Assembly: GCA_964199315.1 (NCBI GenBank)
Contig: OZ116698.1
Coordinates: forward strand, 15,686,001-15,750,000
Source: Orbicella franksi
Taxonomy: Eukaryota
Reading direction: 5' to 3'
Length of the DNA: 64,000 nt
Every line of letters starts with the position of its first letter. Position 1 is the stretch's first letter. The notes beneath the pieces are model-generated. The model saw nothing but the letters and a program-made list of their open reading frames with translations, did not search any database and was not told the origin of the DNA. Below, one piece after another: positions 48,992 through 61,800 of this stretch. Position numbers and translations under genes: made by a program.

Positions 48992-51390
48992 CTACAGGTT
49001 CAGTCGGACAACAGGTTTCCTGATTCTCTCTAATCCTTTCAAAACAACTGGCGAAGGAGCGTTTACATGCTCTTCATTAACACTAGAATTTGGCTCATTA
49101 TCTTCATCTGAGAAATTGACTGGCGGCTGCGGCATGCTGGTTGAAACTTGGCTATCAACTATACCTAAGTTAGATTGTTGGTCAACACAATTCTGGAACA
49201 GGTATACAAGTCATGTATTTAACTCTCTAGTTGCATTTGGCACCTTATCATGAGCTTTGATCAAATGATCAGCATGAACATGTATATCTCATTTTATGGC
49301 CAGTCTTAATCAAATAAGTTCTAGGTCCACAGACCTTAACTACCCTTCCCAGAATCCATCTCTCAGTATTGCTACTGGCTTGAGTATTTTTCACTTGAAC
49401 TATGTCATTCTCTACAAACAGGTTATCTTGATGACTCTTGAAATCCTTATATTCTTTCTGCTTATTCTGTCCTGTTCTGTTCTATTCTATTCTATTCCTT
49501 CTGCTTACTCTCTATTGTTTGGACTAGATCAGTTTTCACCAGACTTAACATGTAAGCAGGGGACATCTCATCAACAATTCAGCTGGCATAGCAGCTGTGG
49601 TGCTACCCAGCTTTACCTAACTTGAGACTTGAAACAACCAAACACATGATAAACTGTCTACATTTTATAAGATGCCATGAAATCTGCAGAATTTGGGAAG
49701 TTTCCTTGTCACATTACCCTTCCCAGCGCCTGAGAGCATTTTTGGAGAAAGAAAGGTTACAGTAAAAGTTTTGTCACTCTCTTTGAACTGCGCAAGGAAT
49801 CTGTTTCAAAACGAAAGAACCACTGTGTCGCCTCAAAGTCTAATCAAATTGATTCGTGGTTTAACTTGCCACCATGGAGTCTTCATGAATATTTGAAGAG
49901 ATTCCATACCACAAACCTTCAAGAAAATCTCTGCTAAAAACTTCCGTTTTAAGAGTTCTATTAATGCAAGGTATTAAAATGCCACTGAAGACACTAAAAA
50001 AAGAGATGTCCAAACATTTATATCAAGTTTAAAAAGTCTCTGGACATGCTGCTAGATTGGCTTCTTGTTTGTTTATTCTCACTGTGTAAACAAGAGTCAT
50101 TGAAACTAGCAAATAAAAATACCTCTGTTAGATTTACCTGCAACAAAAACAAATCTCAAAACTCAGCAGTGTCCTCATTCATAACTAGCTGGCCGCAACT
50201 TCTTTGGTTTTGACAAGAAAACCACTTCTAATGTTTATCTCAGTATCAAGTCCAAGAAAAGTTTCAAGGAGAAGACAGTAATACTCTGTGAACAATGCTA
50301 CTGAATTGAGACTTGCATTCACAAACTGAAAAATTTTTTTGCAAACATAAATGGTTTGGACTTAGTTCTTTTTTCATGAACTGCATGTAATGCAAATGAT
50401 ATTGATTACTATCAAGGACGAAAACCCCCTCACCATCCCAATAGTGCGACATTTTGCACTATTGTTCCTAAGCCCATGATTCAGATCATAGTGGACTAAC
50501 AACGAATCACTGGTGAGGCCCTCCCTTCATGCCTCGAAAGCTCTCTAACAGTTGTCTGTACATTTCCATCGAACATCTTTCTACAAAGCCTATGCAGAGG
50601 TGGTAAAGTTGTAGCTAGCAAAAAGGAATGATAATATTGGACCATGCCCAGGAAAGACCTTAGTGGCATTCCCTTTTTGTTGGGCTTGGGCTCTGTTCAC
50701 CGCATTGATCTCTTCTTCCACTGGTTGCAAACCTTCAGCGCTTATTCTCAGGCCTAGATAAACCACTTCAGGTTTCAAAGATTCACATTTTGGTGATTTT
50801 AAATGCAAAATGTATTTGTGTACCCTGTCCAACACATCTGCGAATTGAGATTTTCCTGCCAGTTATTTCCCCTATTAAGATGTCATCCTGTTTACAAACA
50901 CATTTCTCAATCCCTTGGAGAATTTGATCCATCTTTGCTTGAAATATTTTGGAGATGACTTGACCCCATGGGACAATTTAAGTAGGAATAAAGGCCTTTG
51001 TGAGTAGTGATTGTCAAGTATTCTTGACTTTTTTTGTCATCATTCAGCTGGGCATAAGCATGTGAACCTGTGTTTTTTGAGTCTGTCTAACTCCCTTTCA
51101 ACTTGCTCTTTTAATGCATATAGAACTCTACGTGCTTTCAAAACCACAGGTTTTGAGTTGCCTCTCATAGTAATATGCTCCTCAAGGCCTTTCATACCTT
51201 CATAACTCAGCAAACGTCTAACTTCAGACTGCAAATCATTCAATTGACTATCAGCACTCACAGGGTCTCTCTTAAGCATACAAAATGTCTCACCCCACTC
51301 TAACTTAATATGCCGTAGCCAGTTTTTACCAAATAAGGTAGGTTTAGCAACATAATTAGCTACAAAAATGGGTAGAGTATTGTTTACCCT
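48992..51390 (-). mobile_element. Decayed Gypsy/Ty3 LTR retrotransposon pol
   Basis: Protease end LPIFVANYVAKPTLFGKNWLRHIKLEW, linker KPVVLKARRVLYALKEQVERELDRL, RT LKSPKC..PEVVYLGLRISAEGLQPVEE, RNase H remnant LTSDSLLVHYD, integrase tail STT..PAELLM and RIRKPVVRLNL*. Many stops, frameshifts and deletions; no LTRs found. Confidence 0.85.
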
Positions 51391-54300
51391 TGATCAGCCT
51401 TCACGTGTGTGCAAGGGGCGATCTTGGAAACTTGAGATTTTAATTTGCACGTAGAAAGCACACCAAAAATTCCTTATCTACAAAGCTAATATCTCAAAAA
51501 CTGACTTGTGGAGTGTAAATTCCTCCAGCTTGGAAAACGATTTTTAAATTTATGAAAAATCTACTCAACAGAATTTTCTATAATTTTTCCTGTTTCATCT
51601 TTTGTGCATAATAGAAAGATTTTTAGAAAAAAACATGGTGTCACCAGCTTACATTTTTAGATACCAGTAAATGCAACAAATGGTAAAAAGTGGGTCGAGT
51701 TTGTTATGCAACAGAACAGTGCAACCTAAATTTGACTTAAACACAATGAAAGGTACAGTGGAGAGTTACCTTAAAAAAAATAGCACATTCATTTAAAACA
51801 GTACAGTTCAGGGCCTAAGAAATTGCACCTAGTTCTATAAATCTTCAAAAAAACAGACAGCTGTTTTGAGCCACCTTCAACAGTATTGTTACTCAAAAAT
51901 ACATGTAGTTAGTTGTGTCTCTGACATCCTACCCCCTTCACTTCATGCACATGTCCAATAGAAGGGCTAACAAATGGCAATGTCAAATGTAAGCATATGG
52001 TAAAGCATGCGTATGAGTCCATCCATCAGGCCACCACCTATACGTACATGTGTACCTTGGGTTTCTGTAACATGAAGAGACTAGGAGCATTTCTTCTCCA
52101 CCCTGGATGGGATGCTAGCCCATCACAGGGTTAACCCCCATCATTAAATTTGCCAGGACTAATTTATACATAATGCACATCTGGGTGGAGAGAAACACTG
52201 TAAAGAGAAAAATGTCTTGCTCAAGAACACAACACCATGTTCACAGTCAGGGCTATAACCTGGACCACTCAATCCGGGGTCTTAAGTGCACTAAACATAT
52301 GGCAACTGTGCCTTCCTAAAGCATATGGAAAACAATATTATTTATTTACCTGATCAGTCAAGGTGACTCTGCTTTGGTATCTGGTAGTTAAAAATGCTGC
52401 ATTTAGATGTTCAATCCATCAACAATTCTCAAGCTCCCTTCTTTCTTCTTTAATTTTTTTGTTTGATCTTGTCTTTTTCATCCACTCTGTCCTTAGTCTG
52501 ACAAAAAAAAATATATGAGAAAAATTGTGCATCCCTACTACACACACAACATAACATAAGAATGCAACAGTCATTGCAACATACTTTGCCATCTGTTACA
52601 AACTTTCCAAGATGGCAGTGGTGCCCAATAAGACAGGTGTTTATAGGAAAGACAAGTGCCATCAATTGTCCAATTTCTGGAAGCAAGTCATCCCAGTACT
52701 TACTGATGCAAAGAAATGAGACCCCTGGTTGAACTGGATGTGTTTTGAAAATTTAAGGTTGCTCTGAATCCCATGTACAAAATCTTTTTAAACCCATTGC
52801 TTTTAAGTTCTGGATGTTTACACTATTTTTTGGCTGCCATGTTGGTGGAGCACAGAGTTCCACCAACATGGCTCTGTAAATTTGCACAAAACATTTCAAT
52901 GAATATCTGAAGTTTGGGAAAACGCAGAGACCTCAAACTTGGAGAAGTGTCTTCTTTACCTATCTGCTATAACATTACAATTTCTTGACTTTATCCACTG
53001 AATAGTTTTCGATATAATTTTTCGTTGCATGACGGTGAAAACCATCTATAGCAGCGTATCACTAACTACTAACTGTTAACGGCTTCTAGCTGAAAAACTA
53101 GCTGTTATCTGTTGAAAATTATACTGAAATCCAAAGGTAAACATGTATCTGCATATAGTGTAGTGTGCGTGCAAAACAACTGCGAGAGACGAAAATGTTT
53201 TACTTACTGGGGAGGTGACAGGAAAGAACTTAACAGGCACCCTAAAAGTTTTCAAAAAAGATGAATACTTTAAAAAATGCGTGTTTACCCCTGCATTTTA
53301 TGTTATGAAATGGAACTGGCAAGCCTATTCAACATGTGATTAGTTTCTGGTTGTGAGGAAAAGCTATTTAGACTGTATTTTAGCTGAACCAGAGGAAGGC
53401 TGTCAGGGATGCTAAAAATGCTGTTGCATTGACTTTGTTATTAAAAACATACCAAAATAGTTGTTATGTTATCATTTACCATGCAGTCTTAGGATTTTTA
53501 TATCATTGTTTTTGCTTTTAGACTGTAAAGGCATTTCTTTCCTGTAAAGGTGAATTCTATGGAAATCTGTAAAGAAACATCTTTTCCTTCTTACATCAGC
53601 ATTTTTGTTTGGATTCAAGGCTAATTATCTCGAAAAAATGTGTGGCGACCTCCATTTTTCTTTGTGGATTCCAATAGCCCTTGCAAAGATCTACTTTTTC
53701 CATACATTCTTAATCTGGCACAAAAACCTTTGAATTTAGTAGGTATCATCTTTAACACAAAAAGTAACACTTTTAAGAGAAGCAACAGATCAAAATGTAT
53801 CTTTGCATTGCATTAGAATGATTGTCATGTTAATTTAATAACACATAAAGTTCTATTAACAGTCCTGACCTCAGTTACAATGTAAGTTTGCTACTGTTTT
53901 CAGTGCTTATAAAATGATCAAAAATTGAGATGCCCTAGATTTCATCAATATCCATAGTTATCTACATTTTGAAAAATAGTGTTTCCATTGAGAACTATTG
54001 GCTGATACATGTAGTTGCCTCACTGAAATTTGATTTTCTTGAAACAAATATCTGCCTGAGAAACAAAGTTTCAAGGGCTAATATGCTACAATGTTTGGAG
54101 GCATCAATGTACCCCAAATGACCGTCATTCATTGGTGCCCTTTAAGGTTGGACATTTGACTAAAACCCCAGTAAAGCATATTTTCTGAAAGCTCGAGAAT
54201 TGTAGGTTACGAAGGTATATTTATTAAAATAAAAAAGTTGAGGTTTTCCAAATATAATGCCCTATTTCCCAAAGTACAGAGGTTCACTTATCAAGTTCAT

Positions 54301-54445
54301 TTCCAGCCAGATTTGAGCAGGAGGACACAATCAACATCATTATGTCTGGTTTGTTTTGACCCGCAGTTACACTTTGACAGTTGATAAAACCTGCATTCCC
54401 TTCACTAAAATAGTTATAACTTTTGAAAGAAGCAAAAACTAAAAA

Positions 54446-54893
54446 TATGCTTCTGGTAGTACTCAATTGTGAAAATTTCTCTGTAAACAAACAAATGTTT
54501 TTAAAATTTTAATTATGTCTTATCCTGGTTGTTCAATTCCCCAACACCATTGTTTTGCCTGATTATTGCGCAGCATTCTCTCCAAATTATAGCGAAAGAT
54601 GCTAAAAACTCGTCAAAAGTGAACTCAAAAGGTGTAATTCACTCACTGAAATTTTGTTTCAAGACACAAGGGAAAATATACTTTGGGGCGTTCTTCCAGT
54701 GTAATGAGATAATTATAAAAAACATGTGAAAATAATGATGTGTCGTTGATCGATAAAGTGAAGGCTCATTTTACTTTAACAACAGAGCTTGTTTAAAAAT
54801 GGATGAACAACCAGGATAAGATATAATTAAAATTTTAAAAACGTTTGTTTGTTTACAGAGAAATTTTCACAATTGAGTACTACCAGAAGCATA
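54446..54893. mobile_element. MITE with about 90 bp TIRs and TA ends
   Basis: TATGCTTCTGGTAGTACTCAATTGTGAAAATTTCTCTGTAAACAAACAAA...ATCCTGGTTGTTCA is inverted at about 54803-54893. Confidence 0.75.
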
Positions 54894-56730
54894 TATATGG
54901 TACTACCCATGCAGGTATTTTCCTTGGACAGACAATATGAGCAGATAGTGTCTCTCTCCTCATGAACACTATTGGGTCATGCGATCAATTTCAACCAATA
55001 ACAATTGGAGAAAATTTGGTGGTGATAGACAACGATCGCTCACATGCTGCTCTTGAAATTGAACATTATTTTCAATTTCAAGCTTAACTGAAATCATAGG
55101 TTTTGTGATGTAATCCTTTAGAATTTCTACTAAACAAAATTATTAGACCACTGGCCCTTGCTTTCTATGAGCAAGAATCAACCTGGCTACACCTTGTTGA
55201 CTATTCGCTCATAAAAAATGTTGCCTGTAGTCTAATTGTTAGATCCAAATATAGAGTAAATATTCTAATAACTGTGTTAACTCGCAGAATTCTTACTCAA
55301 CATCTGTCAAATGATGATTTCCAATTCTTATACAAATTAAATAATATTTTACAGATTTTACAGCTGACGTTCTAGCAAAATCAGACTCCAACGAGTTTAC
55401 AGAAGTTTAGTTTCCACGAGCATTATACATGAGGATATATGCATATTAGATGGAGCTCCTTTGTGTTTTTTAAATCAATAATTTTAGCACCTTTTATTCT
55501 TTTAGCATTTGTTAGCACCTTAACTATTGTCTGAGGGAATTTCTGAGGCGTTGGAACTTCGTTTTATAAGTTATAATTTCTGACAAACGTCGGTCTCGGA
55601 ACCTTGTTGCACAAAACAACGGCGGGCACGTGCCAGAAGTAAGAATTTGAATTTCCCGCTGTATAAATTAATAAAAGCCCAACACAAACTACTCCACGGA
55701 ATTAAAAGCTTAATTAACCAATAACAAGTGCAAAACACTAGAAGAAACACCATTTTTCGAAAATAGCAGCTTTTGGGCCTAAGCTTACCTTTAGAGTTTT
55801 TGCTTTTGTTAGTGAGCGGTACCGCGCGAGGGGTCGAACAAGCAGTCTTCGTTTCACTGTTCAAACTTCTACAGCCACCAAAACCACTTTCCTTGCACTC
55901 AAATCCCAACCAGACGAGCAAAGATATTTTTAAAAAGGCAAATCATGCCACAGATGGCGTATTCATTGTACCTTTGGTACTGAAATAAGTTTATCATCCT
56001 CCGCAAGACTGCGAAAACCCGCCGCCATGTTGGATTCTCCTTCGTTACCAGTTTTTTTTTGCGTCACGAAAAGTTCTCACGGGGAAGACGGTTTTACGCG
56101 GGAACGTTACGCGAGATCACGTTATTTATGTCCCGCGTTCATAGCTTTATGTTACGCACCGCCACAACTCTGAAATTAAAAATGTGCTTGTTTTCAGACG
56201 AAGCAAGCTATTGAGGTTAAAATATTACCCTCTCTTATGCCTGATGAGGATAAAAACTTTGGTGGCTCTTTAGTTAGAAAAATGATGATGTCACGTGCAT
56301 AGCAAGAATAAAAACAGAAACCTCACCGCAAAGTTACAAACTCAATTCAAAATTCTCGCTTATCATAGGTTAGTTTAATCAGACTTCTAGGAACTCCTCT
56401 TTTAGGGTTGGCTAAATAAACGTATTTAAGCCTGCAAAGAGAAGTAAAACACCCAGCCTGACGTGATATGCTGGTACGCGTTTGTCGAAAAATATATACC
56501 TATGTCGTGATTTGTAGCCTTTTTAGAAGTTAAAGTATTAGGAAAAGTGCTTATTTAAATGTTTACTTGATCAGTTCCGATAATCAGTCGCCTAGATAGC
56601 CAAAGTAAGTTTCAGATGTTTACACTATTTTCCCGCGCCGTGTTGGTGTACCACGGGCGGCGGCTCCATACTGGACTCTGTAAAATTTAGCCTGCGTAGC
56701 AGACGTTTCCAAAAAAGTACGCTAAGGGAA

Positions 56731-59700
56731 CAGATTCAGATTTCAGATTTTTATTAATTGACACTATTTACAGACATATTTCACTATCGCACACTATTAC
56801 AAAAAATTCATTAATTAAAATAAGGAAAATATAATAATAATAAAACCAAAACAAAATGTGCTCAGTGACCAAAGAAGCATATGCTATCGTGTTGGTCACT
56901 GACACGTTCAAAAATAAAAGACAAGACACATCAATTAATAGAAACAATGCAATAAAGGAAGTAAAATGTGAATAACAAAAGTATTCGAAATAAACAAGTT
57001 AAATGAATAAATCATAATGCTGAAGAGTAATATTGAGTATTTAAAAGGTATAGTTTATATTGCTTATAAAAGGAAGTGTAAGGCAGTTTTTTAAATTCTG
57101 TTGGAATAATTTCCCAAAGTTTTGATGTAACAAAAGAGAAAGTAGAGGACCCATAGTTATTATTTACTTTTGGCCTATGAAAATTCAAATTCGCAGCAAA
57201 TCTTGTATTGTAGGTATGGACTTCAGATGCCTGAGTAAGGGTTCTATGGAATATAGTTGGAATGTTTGTTGAGTCATTTAAAATTTTATGAGTAAATAGA
57301 GCCACTTTTAATTTGTACACATTCTCAAATTTGAGAATTCCTAAAAGATTGTAATATGGTGAAGCATTTTCCCTGCTATAAGCAAAGAATATGCTTCGGA
57401 CACATTTATTCTGCTTAGTTATGATTTTACGTAAATTAGTTTTACATGCACTACCCCAACTTATGATAGCATAGGATAAGTATGGATATATGAAAGAATA
57501 ATACAATTGTTTCAATGTATGAAGATCAACAAAATATCTTAATTTATTAATAATTGCTATATTTTTTGCTAATTTATTATTAATGTGCTGGATCTGCGGT
57601 CCCCATTGTAAATTTTGATCCATATAAATACCTAAATACTTAATTTGACTTTTATGTGCAATGTTAGGAATATGTATATACGGTCTTAGTCTTGTAGATG
57701 AAATTATCATGTAATTAGTCTTGGTAAGATTTATAGATAGTTTGTTGATGATACAATATTTAAAAACTAATTTCAATTCCTCATTCATGACATACTCAAG
57801 CTGATGCAGATTATCACTTGTATAAAACATATTTGTATCATCAGCAAATATACGGAAGGATAGTTTTTTTGAGCAGTTAGGTAAGTCATTAATATAAAGC
57901 AGGAATAGAAGAGGACCCAAAGTTGATCCCTGTGGTATTCCACAACTAATGGTTTCAGGACTAGATTGGATGCTACCAATCTTAACAAACTGAGTGCGAT
58001 TATGTAGATAGTTTTCAAACCAGTTAAGGGTTATTCCTCGTATGCCATAGTGGTTGAGTTTAGATAAAAGAATATTATGATTCACAGTATCAAATGCTTT
58101 AGAAAAATCTAAAAAAACACCACAGGTAACCAGCTTTTTATCCATTGCCTGTTTGAGGGTGTCAGTGATCTCAAAAATGGCTTGCTCTGTTGAGTGCCCT
58201 TTCCTAAAACCAAACTGATATCTATACAGAATGTTGTGTTTTTCCAGAAAATCATATAGTTGATTATAAATTAATTTTTCAAGTACCTTACTGAAAGGTG
58301 AAAGAGTTGAAATGGGCCTATAGTTTCCTGGGTCAGTTACATCACCACTTTTGTAAACCGGAGTAACTTGAGAGACTTTCAAAATATTTGGTACAACACC
58401 AGTTTGTATTGATTGATTATAGATTTGAGTGAAAGGTACTGATAAGGGTTCAGCTGCTATTTTTATTAAATTATTAGGTATATCAATTGATGATTTGTTC
58501 TTATCTAATGTCTTAAACAAGTTTGAAACCTGGGTTTCTGTAACAGTGGACATAACAAAACTATTAGCTGGAGATGACAGGATATATTGTGTAGGGTTTT
58601 CAAAGCTATCTTCAATTCTGCTGGCCAAGCTTGGGCCAACATTGACAAAATGTTTATTAAACTGATCAGCAATATCTTCATTACTAGTGAAAGTCTTGTT
58701 GTTCCTTACTATCCTTTGAGGTGAGGTCTGTCCCTTTGTCTTCCTTTTAATTAAATTACCAATTATTTTCCATGTAGCCTTTAAGTTATTTTTACACAAG
58801 TCAAATTTTTTACAAAAATAGGCTTTCTTATTAATGTTTTTGAGATGGTTTAATCCATTTGAGTATTTTTTAAATTCACAAATTTTGACTGGGTCATTGG
58901 ATAGATAATGGGTTTTGTACATAGCATGTTTAGTTTTAATGGATTTGAGCATTCCCTTTGAGATCCAAGGTTTTCTTAATTGCTTTTGTCTATTTCTAGA
59001 CACTTGTTTTAGGGGTGCATGCTTATTGACAATTAATTTGAGTGTATTAATAGTTCTAGCTGTTGTTTCATGCAAATTATTACATTTACCAGAGATAAAA
59101 TTCCAATCCACAGCACTGATGTCTTGAAGATATGATTCAGGGTTGAACTTACTGTAGTCTCTGAAGTAAAGTTGCCCACTTTGTTTTCTAAGTGATGTTT
59201 CGACTGTGCAGAAAATTGGTAAATGATCTGAGATATCAACGGCTATAACCCCTGAGATCAACCTGTTAACTGTATTTGTATAAATATGATCAATTAAGGT
59301 CGCAGTATGACTGGTGATTCTAGTGGGTTTTGTTATCACTGGTAATAGATTGTGGGAATAAATCATGTCAAGGTATCTACCTGTTTGCAGGTGTGTGTGA
59401 TGTTTTAAAAGGTCAATATTCATATCCCCTAATATATATACTTCATATCTGTTCATATTTAATTCTTGCAGGAATTCATTGAGTATCGATGTGAATTCAT
59501 CCACATTTGCAGATGGGTGCTTATAAATGCAGCCAATCATAATATGCTTCTTATTGTTACCAGGGTCAATTTCAACCCAACAGGATTCTACTGATGAAAG
59601 ATCTATTATCAAGTCAGGCCTGGGGATAGTTTTAAGAGTATCATTGACATAAATAGCTGTGCCTCCTGCAAGTTTTGGTGAATCACTATGAAAAAAATTG

Positions 59701-60110
59701 TAATTTGATAGGTCTACATTTGAGATCGAATTAGGATTTAATCTGGTTTCTGTGACAGCAATTATGTCTGGCCTTGAATCAATAGAGTACAGCATGTCAT
59801 TCAGTAAGGTCAAGTTTTTTGGCAAACTTCTAATATTACAATGGAAAAGAGAAATACCTTTACCTTGAGCATTACATAGGATATTATCAAGCTTAGGGAT
59901 ATCATAGTATTCAGACTGAGTATTTATAAACATTAGATCAGGGTCAGCTTCATCATTTTTATCTGGATTTGGTAGAAGGTTGTAAAGATCAAGCTCGATT
60001 AATTGATTTATATTCCTAGACCAATTACTAATAGCAAAGCTAAATTCCCTGTCGTCTAAATTATAGAAGGGAAGAAATTGCAGAGTGTTTACGACGTAGA
60101 ATTTGACAAT
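56731..60110 (-). mobile_element. 5'-truncated L2/Crack-like LINE with ATCTGA-type 3' tail
   Basis: ORF2 is followed by an AT-rich 3'UTR ending AATAAAAATCTGAAATCTGAATCTG on the minus strand. No ORF1 and no obvious TSD. Confidence 0.85.
57012..59933 (-). CDS. Non-LTR retrotransposon ORF2 (APE endonuclease + reverse transcriptase), L2/Crack-like, intact 973 aa
   Basis: APE motifs HCNIRSL, IAVTETRL, IGCIYKHP, LGDMNIDL, TLIDHIY, ISDHLPIF. RT motifs NYRPISTLSPFSKVLEK, QFGFRKGHSTEQA, FLDFSKAFDTVNH, GIPQGSTLGPLLFLLYINDL, FADDT. The frame stays open upstream to 60110 (LPFYNLDDREF). Confidence 0.95.
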   Translation of the reverse strand: MFINTQSEYYDIPKLDNILCNAQGKGISLFHCNIRSLPKNLTLLNDMLYSIDSRPDIIAVTETRLNPNSISNVDLSNYNFFHSDSPKLAGGTAIYVNDTLKTIPRPDLIIDLSSVESCWVEIDPGNNKKHIMIGCIYKHPSANVDEFTSILNEFLQELNMNRYEVYILGDMNIDLLKHHTHLQTGRYLDMIYSHNLLPVITKPTRITSHTATLIDHIYTNTVNRLISGVIAVDISDHLPIFCTVETSLRKQSGQLYFRDYSKFNPESYLQDISAVDWNFISGKCNNLHETTARTINTLKLIVNKHAPLKQVSRNRQKQLRKPWISKGMLKSIKTKHAMYKTHYLSNDPVKICEFKKYSNGLNHLKNINKKAYFCKKFDLCKNNLKATWKIIGNLIKRKTKGQTSPQRIVRNNKTFTSNEDIADQFNKHFVNVGPSLASRIEDSFENPTQYILSSPANSFVMSTVTETQVSNLFKTLDKNKSSIDIPNNLIKIAAEPLSVPFTQIYNQSIQTGVVPNILKVSQVTPVYKSGDVTDPGNYRPISTLSPFSKVLEKLIYNQLYDFLEKHNILYRYQFGFRKGHSTEQAIFEITDTLKQAMDKKLVTCGVFLDFSKAFDTVNHNILLSKLNHYGIRGITLNWFENYLHNRTQFVKIGSIQSSPETISCGIPQGSTLGPLLFLLYINDLPNCSKKLSFRIFADDTNMFYTSDNLHQLEYVMNEELKLVFKYCIINKLSINLTKTNYMIISSTRLRPYIHIPNIAHKSQIKYLGIYMDQNLQWGPQIQHINNKLAKNIAIINKLRYFVDLHTLKQLYYSFIYPYLSYAIISWGSACKTNLRKIITKQNKCVRSIFFAYSRENASPYYNLLGILKFENVYKLKVALFTHKILNDSTNIPTIFHRTLTQASEVHTYNTRFAANLNFHRPKVNNNYGSSTFSFVTSKLWEIIPTEFKKLPYTSFYKQYKLYLLNTQYYSSAL

Positions 60111-60744
60111 TTAGAGCGGTAACAAACCTGCTAGCGAGTGCAAAAAAATAAAGAGCAGAGAGAGAGGGTTAGACGAGCGAAGGAAACGCCTGCAATCAAT
60201 CCAAGGCGTTTTATCGAACGTCCCCAAACATGCCGTGCTCCCTTTGAGTGCCAACTGGCACATGAGAATCGATCATGATAATTAACTTGCGGTAATTCCT
60301 TCCGCTAAGGCAATAAGCACTAAGAATGTAAGGTACTAAGACAATAAGGAAATAGGGTATAAAATTTAATGTTTGTTTAATTAATTAATATCAATTATTT
60401 TATTAGTCTTGAGGCAAGGAAGTGGTTGGGGTGGGGTAGAAAGCTCTGCGCACCAGCTGCAAACGCGTCATGCATACCTTACTTTGAGGAAAAAAAATAG
60501 CAAAGCTATATATTTATTTTAAAAAACTCTTGCTCTCCTTGTGGTACTACTCACTTTAAAACGAAATCAATTCGCTCTAAACGCATGCGTAGATTAGTTA
60601 GCGTTCGTGTAGACTATACATTAGGCGGAAGATACATTTTATACGAGATCACACAAACGCTGAGTGCTTTTCCGTGTGGTAGAACCTAACATGTAAGACA
60701 CATGCGTTCTGGCATCGTTAGCCTTCGGGCCTCTTCTTTAGAAT

Positions 60745-61800
60745 GTTTTCCAAAACGATCTACACCTCTCCACTGATGGAAACAGGTTATTTATGTATGC
60801 GGATGACCACCAGCTGTTTTCAGTGGCGAAGACAACTAACGAAGCGGAAAGCATTTTAACTGAGGAAGGAAACAACATCTCTGAGTGGTACAACAACTTT
60901 TTACAAAGTATCAGGTGATGAGTCTGGGCCCGAGGAACTGTCATAAGGATTTACACATTGTTATTAATGACACTGTAATTGATCAGAAACCAGAGATAAT
61001 GCTCTTAGGGGTTACCTTAGACGATCAATTATCATTTTCGAGTTATGTGAGCAATGTTTGTAGAAAAGCCTCCTGTCAAACTGGTGTTCTTCTGAGATTA
61101 CGTAACCTCATCCCGATATCAGCTAAATTACACATTGTCAAATTTGCGATACTACCTCATCTCACATATTGTCAGGCTGTCTGACGTTTTTGTCGTTCTT
61201 CTGATGCCAGAAAACTAGAACGAATTCAAGAACGAGCACTACGAGCTGTTTATTGTGACAATAAATCGACATATGAGGAACTATTGCAAAGAGCGAAACT
61301 ACCAACACTTCTTACGCGACGACTGCAAGCGGCCATTGCAATCATAATGTATAAAGTCAAAAATGGTCTGGCGCCTCCTTACATTGCGGAATTATTTGTT
61401 GTTACCAATTCTCAGTGTCACCTTAGAAATTCTGATTTCACCATACCCAGATTTCGGGCTGTTGCTCATGGCAAACATAGCCTGACTTATTCAGGCTCTG
61501 TCATTTAGTCCAAACTCGACAAATCTATTCGATCTTCTGAATCATTGCACACTTTTAAAAAGCGCATCAAATTGGTTGATTTCACTGGTCTGCTGGACAG
61601 TACTTGTAAAGACTGTTCTTTATGTAACAACCAACACTTGATCTCACTGCATGACTCATTGTTTGTTATATATATATTTTAAAACTCTTACATACGTACA
61701 TGTATTTCATATTTTATTAATTATTAGATGAGTAATAGTAGTTAGGTGTCCCCAATTAGTATACATTGTATGCTGGGGACTTCGACACGTTAATAAAGTT
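60745..61800 (+). mobile_element. Decayed 5'-truncated L2/CR1-group LINE (3' end)
   Basis: NDLHLSTDGNRLFMYADDHQL, LLGVTLDDQLSF..YVSNVCRKAS, ILPHLTYC, KLERIQERALRAV, LPTL..RRLQ, LRNSDFTIPRF, with stops and frameshifts. AATAAA precedes a tandem-repeat tail. Confidence 0.85.

Larger units (their letters stand above)
47306..56028 (-). pseudogene. Putative decayed multi-exon gene of unknown family
   Basis: AACATGGCGGCG start in a CpG-rich patch. Candidate exons 56028-55789, 55658-55603, 54404-54288, 52676-52585, 52497-52350, 48507-48413, 47392-47306. Phases are mostly consistent, but there are at least four in-frame stops and two phase breaks. Confidence 0.3.

Noticed and set aside
49506-49616. 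Apparent minus-strand exon with good AG/GT sites
   Set aside because: It translates to STT..PAELLM...SLVK.DL.QTIE, the Gypsy integrase C-terminal region.
33357-53751. Inverted homology between about 33357-34240 and 53050-53751, suggesting a 20 kb inverted segmental duplication with paired genes
   Set aside because: Homology stops at the TIR/TTAA boundaries of a transposon family and the flanks are unrelated.
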